DNA of 64,000 bases from an uncultured Nitrospinota bacterium (GCA_963707985.1 CAVPRW010000035.1:1-64000); one strand, 5' to 3'; shown: positions 53,044 through 63,119, numbered from the stretch's first letter. Program-made: numbers and translations. The notes: generated from the sequence alone by a model not told the origin.

Positions 53044-54068
53044 TTATCGCGGTTTACGTCCCAGGATCAGTGATGTGAAGGCTGGTGCGGCTAGACGTGT
53101 GACCGTCAACTCCGCAAAGCCCGCCTCCGCCGCCCAGGTACAAATGTCCTCGGCCGGATGCGCATCCCCTTCGGGAAATGACAGTAACATCTGCAAGGGA
53201 AACAGGGCTGGTTGGGGCTGGGGTGACACGATCGGGATTCGGCATCACCCCATGGATCACTAATTGCCCACCGGGCACCAGGGCCTTGAAGACTTTGCCC
53301 AGAAGCATCCGGCAGGTTGTACTCCCCTCGGTTTGCAGACTATTGGACAGGAGGACAAGATCGTTCCCATCGGCAAATTCGTCCTGGAAATAATTGCCTG
53401 GGTGCGCTGTCACACGTTCCTGCATGCCGTGGTCGGCAATGATTTCCTGGGCAAATGGGATAATGGGGGGCAAATCGAACACCATGGCCCGGAGGCTGGG
53501 CTGGCGCTGGGCAAAAGTGATCGAGTAAATTCCCGATCCCCCGGCAACATCGAGCATCTGCTGGACATGCCCCGAGGTCCACCCGATCGGCAATGGCGAC
53601 CGCATTGTGCTTGCCCAGCTCATAGAGGCGCGCCACATATCCTCTGATGCGGTCGGCAGGAAGCGTGGGCAGGGCCTCGGCCGAATGCGGACGTATCGGC
53701 CGATCCTCCTGAATCGCCTGGATCAGATGTCCCCAGGCCTCGTACTGCTCCGCTCCAGCCTGGATAAAATTGCCCATGTAGCCAGACTTGCCCTGCACCA
53801 GAAACGTCTCCGCAATCGGCGTGTTGTGATAGCTCTCGTCCTCTTTTTCCAACAGGTCCAACACGACGCAGGCATTCAGCAAACGCTGCAGTCCGCGGAC
53901 CGGCACCTGACAATGATGGGCTAAGGCCTCAGCACTCATCGGCCCTTGGGATAAATACGTGAACACCTTAAGCTCACAGGCTGTCATCAGGATGGCCGAC
54001 TGGCGATAGGCTTGAGCCATCTGGAGCAAGGCTGATGATGGTGATCGAGGCTCATCATGAGACGCCAC
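53044..54068 (-). CDS. SAM-dependent O-methyltransferase (dimerisation + Methyltransf_2); two frameshifts
   Basis: A.EL.VF..L..GP; RLL.A...L.LL; LDVAGGSG; FDLP; GNYF; L.PGG; AGF. Frame changes near 53580 and 53225. Confidence 0.8.
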
Positions 54069-54401
54069 TCTACATCCCTCCTCTGGTGCGGTCTGGCTGT
54101 TGACGTTGTCGTGGCATAGCGCATCGACGCAGCTCAACCGGCCTGCACCGGTCGAGGCGCCAGCCGGTCGTGCTCATTGTCCCAGGCGGTGAGGTCAGGG
54201 GACCAGCATACCTGCGCCGGTGCGACTCCTGACAGCTACGCGTGCGACTCCATTGTACCATGCGCCGCATGGTGGCGAGCCAGGGAATTTCCCCGCTAGG
54301 CAATTATTGACAGGGTTGAAGACAGTATGCTACGGTGCACTCATGAGGCCTTGAAGTCTTAGTACGATGCGAGGGTTAACAACCGGGCAATCCGGGGGAG
54401 G

Positions 54402-55232
54402 ATGGTTGTGAACGCCGTCCATGATGTGGCCCATCAGAAATTGGTCAGACTCGAAGGCTTGCTCAGCGACATGGGTGAGGTAATGGTGGCCTACTCGGGA
54501 GGGGTGGACAGCAGCTTCCTACTCTGGGCAGCACACAAGGTGCTCGGTGAGCGGGTGCTGGCGGTGACAGGTCGTTCGGGTAGCGTCGCCAGCGGTCAGA
54601 TCGAGGAGGCGCACCAACTCGCCAAAGATTTGGGGGCGCGCCATGTCGTCCTCGACACCGAGGAATTAGATAACCCGCTCTATGTCGAGAACCCGACGAA
54701 TCGCTGCTACCATTGCAAAACCGAGCTCTTCACCAAGCTCGAGGCCTTTGCTGCCCGTGAAGGGATGCGCTGGATCGTCGAGGGCTCGAACCTGGATGAC
54801 ATGCACGATTATCGTCCCGGCATGCAAGCTGTGGCCGAACACGGCGTGCGCAGTCCGCTCAAGGAGGCTGAGCTGACGAAAGCCGAGATACGCGCCCTGT
54901 CCAAAGAGGCCGGTCTGCCCACCTGGGACAAGCCTGCCATGCCATGTCTCGCGTCGCGCATTCCCTACGGCATGCTCGTGTCTCTGGAGAAGCTGTCGAT
55001 GATCGATCGCGCCGAGGCCTATCTACGGAGTCTCGGCTTCCGCGACTTGCGCGTGCGCCACCACGAGACGATCGCCCGTCTCGAGCTGCCTCCCAGTGAT
55101 TTTCCGAAGCTTCTCGAGGGGAACATGGCGGCTGAGATCACCAGGACGTTGAAGGAATATGGCTTCAAGTTCGTGACCCTGGATCTGCAGGGGTTCCGCA
55201 GTGGCAGCCTGAATGAGGGCATCGTCAAATGA
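54402..55232 (+). CDS. larE: ATP-dependent sulfur transferase, LarE family
   Basis: PP-loop AYSGGVDS; NRCYHCK; GSN.DD..DYRPG; KPA.PCLASRIPYG; RVRHH; DL.GFRSGS.N. Confidence 0.92.
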   Translation: MVVNAVHDVAHQKLVRLEGLLSDMGEVMVAYSGGVDSSFLLWAAHKVLGERVLAVTGRSGSVASGQIEEAHQLAKDLGARHVVLDTEELDNPLYVENPTNRCYHCKTELFTKLEAFAAREGMRWIVEGSNLDDMHDYRPGMQAVAEHGVRSPLKEAELTKAEIRALSKEAGLPTWDKPAMPCLASRIPYGMLVSLEKLSMIDRAEAYLRSLGFRDLRVRHHETIARLELPPSDFPKLLEGNMAAEITRTLKEYGFKFVTLDLQGFRSGSLNEGIVK

Positions 55233-55483
55233 GGCCGCTCCTTTTCCTGGTGCTGACCGTCGCGTTGGGATACCTCATCTCGCAGCTCTTATTCCCCAGG
55301 CGTCGCGTCCGACGAGCATCCGATCGACAAGCGCCGACAGCGGTTGCCGAGGAGATGGTGCGCGATCCCGTGTGTCAGCTATATCTACCGCGTACCGAAG
55401 CGATCCGACGCAAGGTGCAGGGACGAGAATACTTTTTTTGCAGTCCCGGATGTGTCGACAAATTTCTTGTTCGCCGCTCGTGA
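55229..55483 (+). CDS. Membrane-anchored YHS/TRASH-domain protein
   Basis: N-terminal TM; MVRDPVC...YFFCSPGC..KF; overlaps larE and the next gene. Confidence 0.85.
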   Translation: MRPLLFLVLTVALGYLISQLLFPRRRVRRASDRQAPTAVAEEMVRDPVCQLYLPRTEAIRRKVQGREYFFCSPGCVDKFLVRRS

Positions 55484-56673
55484 TGCGTACCCATGCCGTC
55501 GCCGACCTACCGCTCGCCGGTGTCTGCGTCCTTGAGCTTGCCCAAGAGGTGGCTGGACCTTTTTGCGGCAAACTGCTGGCAGAATGTGGGGCGCTAGTCG
55601 TCAAGGTTGAGCCGCCTGACGGGGACATCACTCGCCTCCGGGGTCCATTTGCGCATGATCAGTTGAGTCCTGAGGGGAGCCTTTCGTACCTCTACCTGAA
55701 TACCGCCAAGCGCTCGATTACGTTGCAGATGGGATGCCGATCCGGTGTGCGGCTCTTCGAAGCGCTCCTCCACCACGTGGACGTGGTCATCAGCGATCAT
55801 CCGGCAGCGACATCGGTCAGTGTTCTTCCTGAGCCCCATCTGATCTATACGTGTATTCGACCCTTCGGGCTCGATGGCCCCCACGCCGATTGGCCAGCGA
55901 CCGAGCTGACCATGCAGGCCCTGGGGGGCGTGATGGCCATCGTCGGCGATCCCGATCGTCCCCCGGTGCGGCTGGGGGGCGAGCAAGCGGCGTATGTGGC
56001 AGGGTTGAACGCCGCTGTTGCGACTCTCCTCGCCCTGGAGGCGCGTGCGCACACGGGCAGAGGGCAGGTGGTCGATATCTCCATACAGGAGTCGTTGCTG
56101 ACCATTCTTGGGAACATTCCCATTCTCTACTCGCACTTAGCGACCGTCGCCAGGCGCATCGGCAGCCGCCATCACCGCACCCATCCCACCGCCATTTATC
56201 CCTGTCAAGATGGCTATGTCGGCATCGCTGCGCAGACACCTCAGCAATGGGAAGCCCTATGCCTACTCGTCGATCAGCCAGAGATCCTTGTCGAACCACG
56301 CTTCACCACCGGTGTCCAGCGCGCTGAGCACGCTGATGAGTTGGACGCCATGCTCCTCCCATGGTTTCTGGCGCGTACTCGGCAAGAGGTCATGCTAGCC
56401 TGTCAGGCGCGGCGCATTCCCGTCGGCCTGAGTTGCACGATTCCTGAATTACTCGACGATCCCCAATACCAAGCCAGCGGATTTTTCCAGGCTGTCGACC
56501 ATCCCTGCACCGGGACTGTGCGCTATCCTGGAGGAGCATTTCAGCTACGGTCGATGTCTGGTGCCCTCACCCGTGCTCCATTCCTGGGAGAACAGAATAT
56601 GCAGGTCTATGCCGGCTGGCTCGGCATCAGCCCACACGAGCAGGTGCGTCTGCGCTCTCAAGGGGTCTTGTGA
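55483..56673 (+). CDS. Family III CoA-transferase (CaiB/BaiF)
   Basis: PLAGV.VLEL...VAGPFCG.LL...GA.V.KVEPP.GD; N..KRSI; G.GQ.VDIS; AP.LGE. Confidence 0.88.
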   Translation: MRTHAVADLPLAGVCVLELAQEVAGPFCGKLLAECGALVVKVEPPDGDITRLRGPFAHDQLSPEGSLSYLYLNTAKRSITLQMGCRSGVRLFEALLHHVDVVISDHPAATSVSVLPEPHLIYTCIRPFGLDGPHADWPATELTMQALGGVMAIVGDPDRPPVRLGGEQAAYVAGLNAAVATLLALEARAHTGRGQVVDISIQESLLTILGNIPILYSHLATVARRIGSRHHRTHPTAIYPCQDGYVGIAAQTPQQWEALCLLVDQPEILVEPRFTTGVQRAEHADELDAMLLPWFLARTRQEVMLACQARRIPVGLSCTIPELLDDPQYQASGFFQAVDHPCTGTVRYPGGAFQLRSMSGALTRAPFLGEQNMQVYAGWLGISPHEQVRLRSQGVL

Positions 56674-57914
56674 TGAGTGCAGCACCCGGCGCCATTCTCG
56701 GCGGCGTCCGTGTGCTCGATCTTACCCACGCCTGGGCCGGGCCGTTCGCCACACAAGTGCTGGCCGATTATGGGGCCGAAGTCATCAAGATCGAAACCTG
56801 TGAGCGCCCGGACATGCTGCGCTTTTCCACATGGCCCCCCGATGAAGCGCGGCCGGATGCATACAACCGTGGAGGCTGGTTCCAGTCCCTCGGTCGCAAC
56901 AAGCTCAGTCTGACCTTGGACCTTAAGCAGTCCCAGGGGCAAGACCTGTTCAAACGCTTGGTGGCATTGAGCGATGTCGTGATCGAGAACTTCAGCGCAC
57001 GGGTGATGCCACATTTGGGGTTGGACTATGCAGTGTTGCGGGCTGTGAACCCGCGTTTGATCATGATCTCGATGCCTGGCTACGGCACGGTGGGACCCTA
57101 CAAGGACTTCGTCGCCTTTGGCGAGATGATCGAACCCTTCGCCGGTCTTGCAGAGTTGACGGGCTATGCTGATGGTCCGCCATTGCGCCTGGCCGTGGCA
57201 TACCCGGACCCCGTGGCTGGCTTTCACGCTGCCCTGGCGACGTTGCTGACGCTGCGGCAACGTCGCCAGACCGGTCAAGGCCAGCACGTTCACATCCCCC
57301 ATCGCGAGCCAATCACCCGTATGCTTGGGGAAGCCGTGCTCGACTACACGGTCAATGGCCGCACGCCACGCCGCATTGGCAATCGTCATCGCGCCTGGGC
57401 GCCGCATGGGTGCTATCCGTGCTGTGGACCAGACAGGTGGATTGCGATCGCGGTGCGCCATGATGCTGACTGGACCGCCTTCTGCCGAGTGCTCGGCGAG
57501 CCAGCCTGGACGCATGACTGGCGCTTTGCTCACTCCTTGAAGCGTTGGAAGCATGCCGATCTTCTCGATCAGTTTGTGGCGGCAACCACGCAGTCGTGGG
57601 AAGCCACCGCCCTCGCCAGGCGCCTGTGTGCCGCGGGGATCCCTGCCGGCGTTGTCCAGACCAATCAGGACCTGCTCAGCGATGCGCATCTCCGCTCGCG
57701 GCAGGCATTTTGGGTGATCGCGCACCGTCTGGCTGGCACCTATCCCTATCCGGCCCCATCGACGCGCCTCACCGAGACACCCCCAGGTCTCAGGCGTCCG
57801 GCACCGAATCTCGGTGAACATAACACGGACGTGTTGACGCGGCTGCTCGGGCTCGTGCCGGAAGAGATCCATGACCTGGAGGCGAAGGGTGTGATTGGCA
57901 CGGCGGTGCGCTGA
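56673..57914 (+). CDS. Family III CoA-transferase (CaiB/BaiF)
   Basis: RVLDLT.AWAGP; RNKLS..LDL; DVVIENFS; YPD (catalytic Asp position); APNLGEH. Confidence 0.9.
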   Translation: MSAAPGAILGGVRVLDLTHAWAGPFATQVLADYGAEVIKIETCERPDMLRFSTWPPDEARPDAYNRGGWFQSLGRNKLSLTLDLKQSQGQDLFKRLVALSDVVIENFSARVMPHLGLDYAVLRAVNPRLIMISMPGYGTVGPYKDFVAFGEMIEPFAGLAELTGYADGPPLRLAVAYPDPVAGFHAALATLLTLRQRRQTGQGQHVHIPHREPITRMLGEAVLDYTVNGRTPRRIGNRHRAWAPHGCYPCCGPDRWIAIAVRHDADWTAFCRVLGEPAWTHDWRFAHSLKRWKHADLLDQFVAATTQSWEATALARRLCAAGIPAGVVQTNQDLLSDAHLRSRQAFWVIAHRLAGTYPYPAPSTRLTETPPGLRRPAPNLGEHNTDVLTRLLGLVPEEIHDLEAKGVIGTAVR

Positions 57915-57930
57915 GGGCGGGTTTGAATAT

Positions 57931-58020
57931 CTTCTCCCCCTGCGAGAGGGGTAGGGTGTGGAAGAGTCTGCAGCCCTTTGAAAGAGCCCTCACCCCCGCC
58001 CTCTCCCGGTGGGAGAGGGA
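57931..58020. repeat. Pair of REP-like CCCTCTCCC..GGGAGAGGG palindromic units
   Basis: Degenerate unit at 57931-57961 and CCCTCACCCCCGCCCTCTCCCGGTGGGAGAGGGA at 57987-58020, in inverted orientation. Confidence 0.7.
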
Positions 58021-58035
58021 GAAAGAGGAATCGCT

Positions 58036-58812
58036 ATGGCTATCCGTTACGACAAAGACGGTACAATCGTGACCATCACCATCAATCGGCCGGAGGCGAT
58101 GAACGCCATGGATCGCGACACTTCACGCGACCTGGCTGAGGCCTTTGAAGCTTTTGACCAGGATGAGGACTTGCTGGTGGCCATCCTCACCGGCGCGGGC
58201 GACAAGGCATTTTCTGCCGGGGCCGACCTGAAAAAAATGTACGGTCGTGCGGAGGACGGCAATATCCGCGAAGTCTGGGATCGCGACCGGCAGTGGCGTT
58301 TGGGACAGCGTCTGCACGTCTGGAAACCGGTCATCGCCGCCATCAACGGCTACTGTCTGGCGGGTGGGCTGGAGCTGGCCATGGGCTGCGATATTCGCAT
58401 CGCCTCCGAGACCGCTGCCTTCGGATGTCCCGAAGTACGGTGGGGCATCCTCCACGGCTATGGGGCGTTGCGCTTGCCAAAGACCATCCCCCTGTCGGCA
58501 GCCATGGAGCTCCTCCTCACCGGTGACCGGATCAGCGCGGCGGAAGCCTATCGCTTGGGAATCGTCAGTCGCGTCGTGCCACCGACAGAGCTGATGCCGA
58601 CGGCGCGACAGCTAGCCGACAAGATCTGCGCCAATGGTCCGTTGGCCGTACGGGTCACCAAAGAGCTGGCCTGGCGCGGCCTGGAGGTCCCGCTCGAAGA
58701 TGCGCTACGCTTGTACACGGCTCTTGGAGCCTTGGTACGCGCCAGCGAGGATGCCCATGAGGGACCGCGCGCCTTTGCCGAGAAGCGCCAGCCGCAGTTT
58801 AAAGGGCGGTAA
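58036..58812 (+). CDS. Enoyl-CoA hydratase/isomerase (crotonase) family
   Basis: INRPEAMNA; FSAGADL; KPVIAAING..LAGGLEL; PEV; EG..AFAEKR.P.F.G. Confidence 0.93.
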   Translation: MAIRYDKDGTIVTITINRPEAMNAMDRDTSRDLAEAFEAFDQDEDLLVAILTGAGDKAFSAGADLKKMYGRAEDGNIREVWDRDRQWRLGQRLHVWKPVIAAINGYCLAGGLELAMGCDIRIASETAAFGCPEVRWGILHGYGALRLPKTIPLSAAMELLLTGDRISAAEAYRLGIVSRVVPPTELMPTARQLADKICANGPLAVRVTKELAWRGLEVPLEDALRLYTALGALVRASEDAHEGPRAFAEKRQPQFKGR

Positions 58813-58903
58813 GGCGTGTGGGGGGTAACCCCTTGGCCTCCCTCTTCCTCTGGGCTTACAAGGGTAGGTTTTTTTAGCCATGATATTGACCCTGGTGTCG
58901 TGC

Positions 58904-58938
58904 TCCCTCTCCCGCCGGGAGAGGGCTAGGGTGAGGGG
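58904..58938. repeat. REP-like palindromic unit
   Basis: TCCCTCTCCCGCCGGGAGAGGGCTAGGGTGAGGGG, the inverse of 57987-58020. Confidence 0.7.
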
Positions 58939-58955
58939 ATACGAGGCCATCCACC

Positions 58956-60005
58956 ATGCTTGAAGATATCGACCCCCAGACCTTGGACGACTTGGCTGAT
59001 GTGATGGAGCTTCTGTTTGACTCAGGCTGGACAGACGGCTTGCCGGTGGTTCCACCGACGCCGCGCAGCGTACAGCGCATGCTCACCGGTACGACACGCC
59101 AGCCTGACGAGCTCATCGGTCGCATTCCACCCAAAGGCGGACGCGCCACGGTCGAGAAGATCGCCATCAACGCGGTCATGGCCGGCTGCAAGCCCGCATA
59201 CCTACCTGTGGTGATCACTGCCGTGGAGGCGCTGCTTGACGACCGCTGCAATACGCGAGGCGTGCAGTGTTCGACCCATATTTCGACTCCATTGGTGATC
59301 GTCAATGGGCCGCTCGTGCAAGCCCTGGGCATCAATAGTGGTCACAACGTCTTCGGGCAGGGCTGGCGCGCCAATGCGACCATCGGTCGGGCCGTGAAAC
59401 TGGTCCTGGTAAACCTTGGCGGGGCCGTCCCTGGCGTCACCGACAAAGCGACCTTCGGCCATCCCGGTAAATTTACCTATTGCATCGGCGAGCACGAAGC
59501 CGCCAACCCCTGGGAGCCGTTGCACGTTGAGCGCGGTTTCGCTCCCGACGAGAGCACGGTCACCGTCTTCGGTGCCGAAGCACCCCATAATATCAATAAT
59601 CATTGGAGTGCCACCCCACACGGCCTGTTGCAAACCATCGCCGACAGCATGGCGACACTCGGCAGCAATCATCTGTACCTGGGAGGTGAGAGTTTTGTCG
59701 TGCTGAGCCCGGAGCACGCCGATGTCCTGGCCAAGGCCAGATGGACGAAGCGCGACGTGCGCACCTTTTTATTTGAACATGCTCGGAAGCCGCTGGCGCA
59801 GGCTAGGATCGGCGGCATGTATGGTCCGGAAACCCGGCGTAACTTATGGCCGCGCTGGATCGATCACGAGAACGAAACGGAGCGGGTGCCAATCGCCCGT
59901 CGGCCGGAGGATATTGCTATCATGGTGGCTGGCGGTGCTGGTCGTCATTCGGTGTATCTGCCGGGCTGGGGAGCACGCTCGGCAACACGCAAGGTGCTAG
60001 CCTGA
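58956..60005 (+). CDS. Uncharacterised 'GWTDGLPVVPPT' protein (probable partner of the UGSC protein)
   Basis: GWTDGLPVVPPT; ATVEKIAINAVMAGC.P; STH; RANATIGRA; G.PGK....IGE; PW.PLH; VAGG.G.HS. Confidence 0.8.
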   Translation: MLEDIDPQTLDDLADVMELLFDSGWTDGLPVVPPTPRSVQRMLTGTTRQPDELIGRIPPKGGRATVEKIAINAVMAGCKPAYLPVVITAVEALLDDRCNTRGVQCSTHISTPLVIVNGPLVQALGINSGHNVFGQGWRANATIGRAVKLVLVNLGGAVPGVTDKATFGHPGKFTYCIGEHEAANPWEPLHVERGFAPDESTVTVFGAEAPHNINNHWSATPHGLLQTIADSMATLGSNHLYLGGESFVVLSPEHADVLAKARWTKRDVRTFLFEHARKPLAQARIGGMYGPETRRNLWPRWIDHENETERVPIARRPEDIAIMVAGGAGRHSVYLPGWGARSATRKVLA

Positions 60006-60021
60006 TGAGAGAGGGAAACGC

Positions 60022-60609
60022 ATGAGCGATGTGCACGAACGCCTCCGCCGCCTTGGTCTCCTGGACCCCACCGACCATGAGGAGCTCCAACGGCGCACCC
60101 TTGCTCTACGGCTTGCGAATGTGTACGGCAAGGTGGGTGGGTTCCTCGACAACCGCAAACAAAACGCCAGCATCCTACTAACCCACATCGCCGAGCGACT
60201 GAGTACAGAATATGGCATGGTAGAGGCCGTGCACCACGCTAAATTCATTTATTCGCGCATCGCCGAGCCAGCCATCATCGACGAGCTGGCCGAACGATGC
60301 GACTTCGTCGTAGCCGCGATCGGCGACTGAGGCTCGTGTGTGTCGTGCAGTATGCACGACATGTTGGCCCTTGAAGAGCGTGGAATCCCAACGGTTCTCC
60401 TGTGCACTGAACCCTTCATGAACTCCGCCTGTGACCATGCTGAAGCGTTCGGCACTCCTGATTACCAGGCCGTGCAGGTCAGGCATCCACTGGCCTCATT
60501 GACGCCTGAGCAGACGCGGGCGCGGGCTGATGAGACACTCGGAGGCATGATCGCCATCCTCACCGGACAGGCCGGGCGTGCGCTGCCCCTGGGACAGGAA
60601 CCTCATTAG
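60022..60609 (+). CDS. UGSC-family selenoprotein
   Basis: ORFs 60022-60330 and 60340-60609 are in frame: AAIGD-TGA-GSCVSCSMHD...LE.RGIPTV...F...HP; TGA at 60328-60330. Confidence 0.9.
60341..60361 (+). promoter_or_regulatory. Candidate bacterial SECIS hairpin
   Basis: Perfect 9-bp stem UGUCGUGCA-[GUA]-UGCACGACA; loop begins 19 nt after UGA. Confidence 0.7.
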
Positions 60610-61546
60610 CCACGTAGTACTTCTCATATTGAGGATTCTCGTGTGGGCTTTACACGAGGAAGTGCGACGAGAGGTCCGTCCGGCCGCGTTCAGGGACCCA
60701 CAAGGGCTCATCCAAGGGCTGAGTACTGGCGTCCAAAGCGAGCTGGACAGACTTCGCAGGAAACCCAGCTCGACGAGGCTGGGGGGTACGCCCGACGCTC
60801 CGCGCATTCTCCAAATCGTTGCCACATTGACGGACGAGCTAGAACGCAAGAACCGGCTGATCGATGAGCGTACGGCAGAAAATGTCACCCTGCGTGGACG
60901 GGTCAAGGAACTCGAAGAACTACTGCAAGCTGCCATCGGGCGCACGCTGACCGCGGCCACGCAACTGGACGCTGGTGGGGTTGAGATTGCTGCTGCCGAA
61001 GCGCTGGAAGCCGGCGACACCCGACCCGCAGAGGCTTTGCTGAGCAGCCAAGAACGCAACGAAGCGTCGAAGATCGGTAGCCCCGGGGCCGACGACGTGC
61101 GGCAGCGGCACCAGGCCGCGGTGCTGGCGCGCGAACAGGGCGCGTTCGCCATGAGCCACAATGTACGCGCTGCTTTAGCGGCTTTTCAGCGTGCCGCGGC
61201 ATACGAGCCGGCTGACACCTGGACGCACTTCTTCATCGGGGACCTGCACCTGCGCCTAGGGGATCTGAAGGCCGCTATGCAGAGCTTTCGAAGGGGGCTC
61301 GCCATCGCCGAGGCGCTGGCGGGGCGTGATCCGGCCAACACCCAGTGGCAAACCGACGTGGTCGTCTCGTGCGCCAAGCTGGGAAGGTTGGCACACGCGC
61401 AGAACGCGAAGATGCGCCGTGACTATCTGCTGCGCGGGCACGGGAGCCTGCTAGAGTTCAAGGCGGGGGGTCGTCTGCTACCAAACCAGGACTGGATCGC
61501 GTGGTTCGACGACCAACTCTCGCAAATGCTGCCGGATCAGGCATAG
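60578..61546 (+). CDS. Coiled-coil/TPR protein (start uncertain, possibly a fragment)
   Basis: IGDL.L.LGDL.AA...F..GLAIAE.LA..DP.NTQWQ.D repeat type; no clear RBS or start. Confidence 0.55.
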   Translation: MRCPWDRNLISHVVLLILRILVWALHEEVRREVRPAAFRDPQGLIQGLSTGVQSELDRLRRKPSSTRLGGTPDAPRILQIVATLTDELERKNRLIDERTAENVTLRGRVKELEELLQAAIGRTLTAATQLDAGGVEIAAAEALEAGDTRPAEALLSSQERNEASKIGSPGADDVRQRHQAAVLAREQGAFAMSHNVRAALAAFQRAAAYEPADTWTHFFIGDLHLRLGDLKAAMQSFRRGLAIAEALAGRDPANTQWQTDVVVSCAKLGRLAHAQNAKMRRDYLLRGHGSLLEFKAGGRLLPNQDWIAWFDDQLSQMLPDQA

Positions 61547-61654
61547 AGTTATGAATCTAAATGTTGCGCGATGTCCGGATGAGGGGTGCCATGAACGCTG
61601 CGTTTTGAGGTGTCCCCTGGAGCATCGGCATCTCTGCCAACGGGAGGGATCGAC

Positions 61655-62587
61655 ATGAAAATAGGCGTGTCGCTGACGACGGCATATGTCCGTGAAGAAC
61701 CAGCGGTCGACCGTTTCCAGCAGCTCATACAGCAGGTCGAAGCGGCGCGAGATCATGGATTTCACTCCGTGTGGGTGGGCGATCATCACGTCACGCCGCA
61801 TCTGTACTACCAGAGCATCCCCGCTATCGCCCGACTCACGGCGCATGCCGGGACCATGCAAATCGGTCCATTTCTGCTGCTCCCCCTCTATCCTCCCGTC
61901 CTCCTGGCAGAGCAGATGGCCACCCTGGACGTCATCGCGGACGGGCGCCTTACCCTAATGATCGCCCTCGGCTGGCAGCCGGAAGCCTATGCCGCCTTTG
62001 GCATTCCCTGGAAAGAACGCGTTGCCCGCTTCGAAGAGGACATTGCGATCTTGCGCTTGCTCTTCGACAAAGATCCCGCCGACTATCTCGGCCGCTTCCA
62101 GCGCTTTGAGGGCGTATCCTTTCAACCCAAGCCTGTGCATGGGCGCATTCCGCTGTGGATTGGGGCGAGTGCCGAACCGGCGATTCGTCGGGCGGCGCGA
62201 CTTGGCGATGCGTGGATCATCGGGCCCCTGACCCCACTAGAGACGGTCAAGGCGCAGATGGGCATCTATAAAGCCGCCTTACAGGCATATGACAGAGAAG
62301 GAAACGTTGACGAGTTTCCGATGCGGCGGGATGTGTTCATCGCGGAGGATCGAGACACGGCGATGCAGATCGTTGAACCGGTGCTCAGGTCGGGCTACCG
62401 AGGCGTCCGGGGCAATCCACTGGATGTCCTGATCGTCGGAGGGCCACAGGAATTCGTCGAAAAGATCGAGCAACTCCAGGCGCTCGGGACCTCGCATCTG
62501 CTGTTGCGCTTCATCGTGCCCACCCAGGAGCACATCCTGCGCGCCATCCAAATCATCGGCGAACAGGTCATCCCACAGGTTTCCTAG
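61655..62587 (+). CDS. LLM-class flavin-dependent oxidoreductase
   Basis: GF.SVWVGDHH; P..LAEQ.ATLD....GR; PKPV...IPLWIG; RRAARLGDAW. Confidence 0.9.
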   Translation: MKIGVSLTTAYVREEPAVDRFQQLIQQVEAARDHGFHSVWVGDHHVTPHLYYQSIPAIARLTAHAGTMQIGPFLLLPLYPPVLLAEQMATLDVIADGRLTLMIALGWQPEAYAAFGIPWKERVARFEEDIAILRLLFDKDPADYLGRFQRFEGVSFQPKPVHGRIPLWIGASAEPAIRRAARLGDAWIIGPLTPLETVKAQMGIYKAALQAYDREGNVDEFPMRRDVFIAEDRDTAMQIVEPVLRSGYRGVRGNPLDVLIVGGPQEFVEKIEQLQALGTSHLLLRFIVPTQEHILRAIQIIGEQVIPQVS

Positions 62588-62756
62588 GGGCATGCGGTGG
62601 GCAGAAAAGAAAGGGATGCGAGCCCAGTGCCGTGGTAGGTCTAGGTTAATCTCAGTCGCACGGCGGCATTGGCGGGGTGTAAGCCACCGGTCTTAACTTA
62701 AGCTCGAAACGGTCACTTGCGCTATCATGGGGAAATACCCACAGAGGCGGACCCCC

Positions 62757-62906
62757 ATGGCACCAAAGCAGACCCGACACCGGTCCCATCCGGAGTTTCG
62801 GCAGCGCTCGCAGCTCCCCCTGCCCGCGATGGAACAAGCCGCAGATCCCGTCTTATCCCATCATGGACCCGGGCTCGAATGGCTGGACCATGGGGACCTG
62901 GCGTGA
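62757..62906 (+). pseudogene. Possible IS4-family transposase N-terminal remnant
   Basis: Short ORF MAPKQTRHRSHPEFRQRSQLPLPAME resembles IS4 N-termini from memory only. Confidence 0.3.
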
Positions 62907-63119
62907 AGGAATTCTGCATGCACCCGCTCTAACTAAGAGAGGGCATGTCGTGCGCACTGATGACCATCGGTGTAGAGGGGAAGCCCTCGACGTACATGTC
63001 CCCGCTGCCGCGGCTGGAGCGGGCGTGGGCAGGACGACCACGCCGCCCTCCCGTGCCATCGGCCTCAAGCCCCGACGGATTGCCTACCCGTGACCAGCAT
63101 TTAGAGGAGCCTCCAGGCC

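Noticed and set aside
62640..62750. tRNA or structured ncRNA
   Set aside because: No T-loop (GTTCRA) or cloverleaf could be built.
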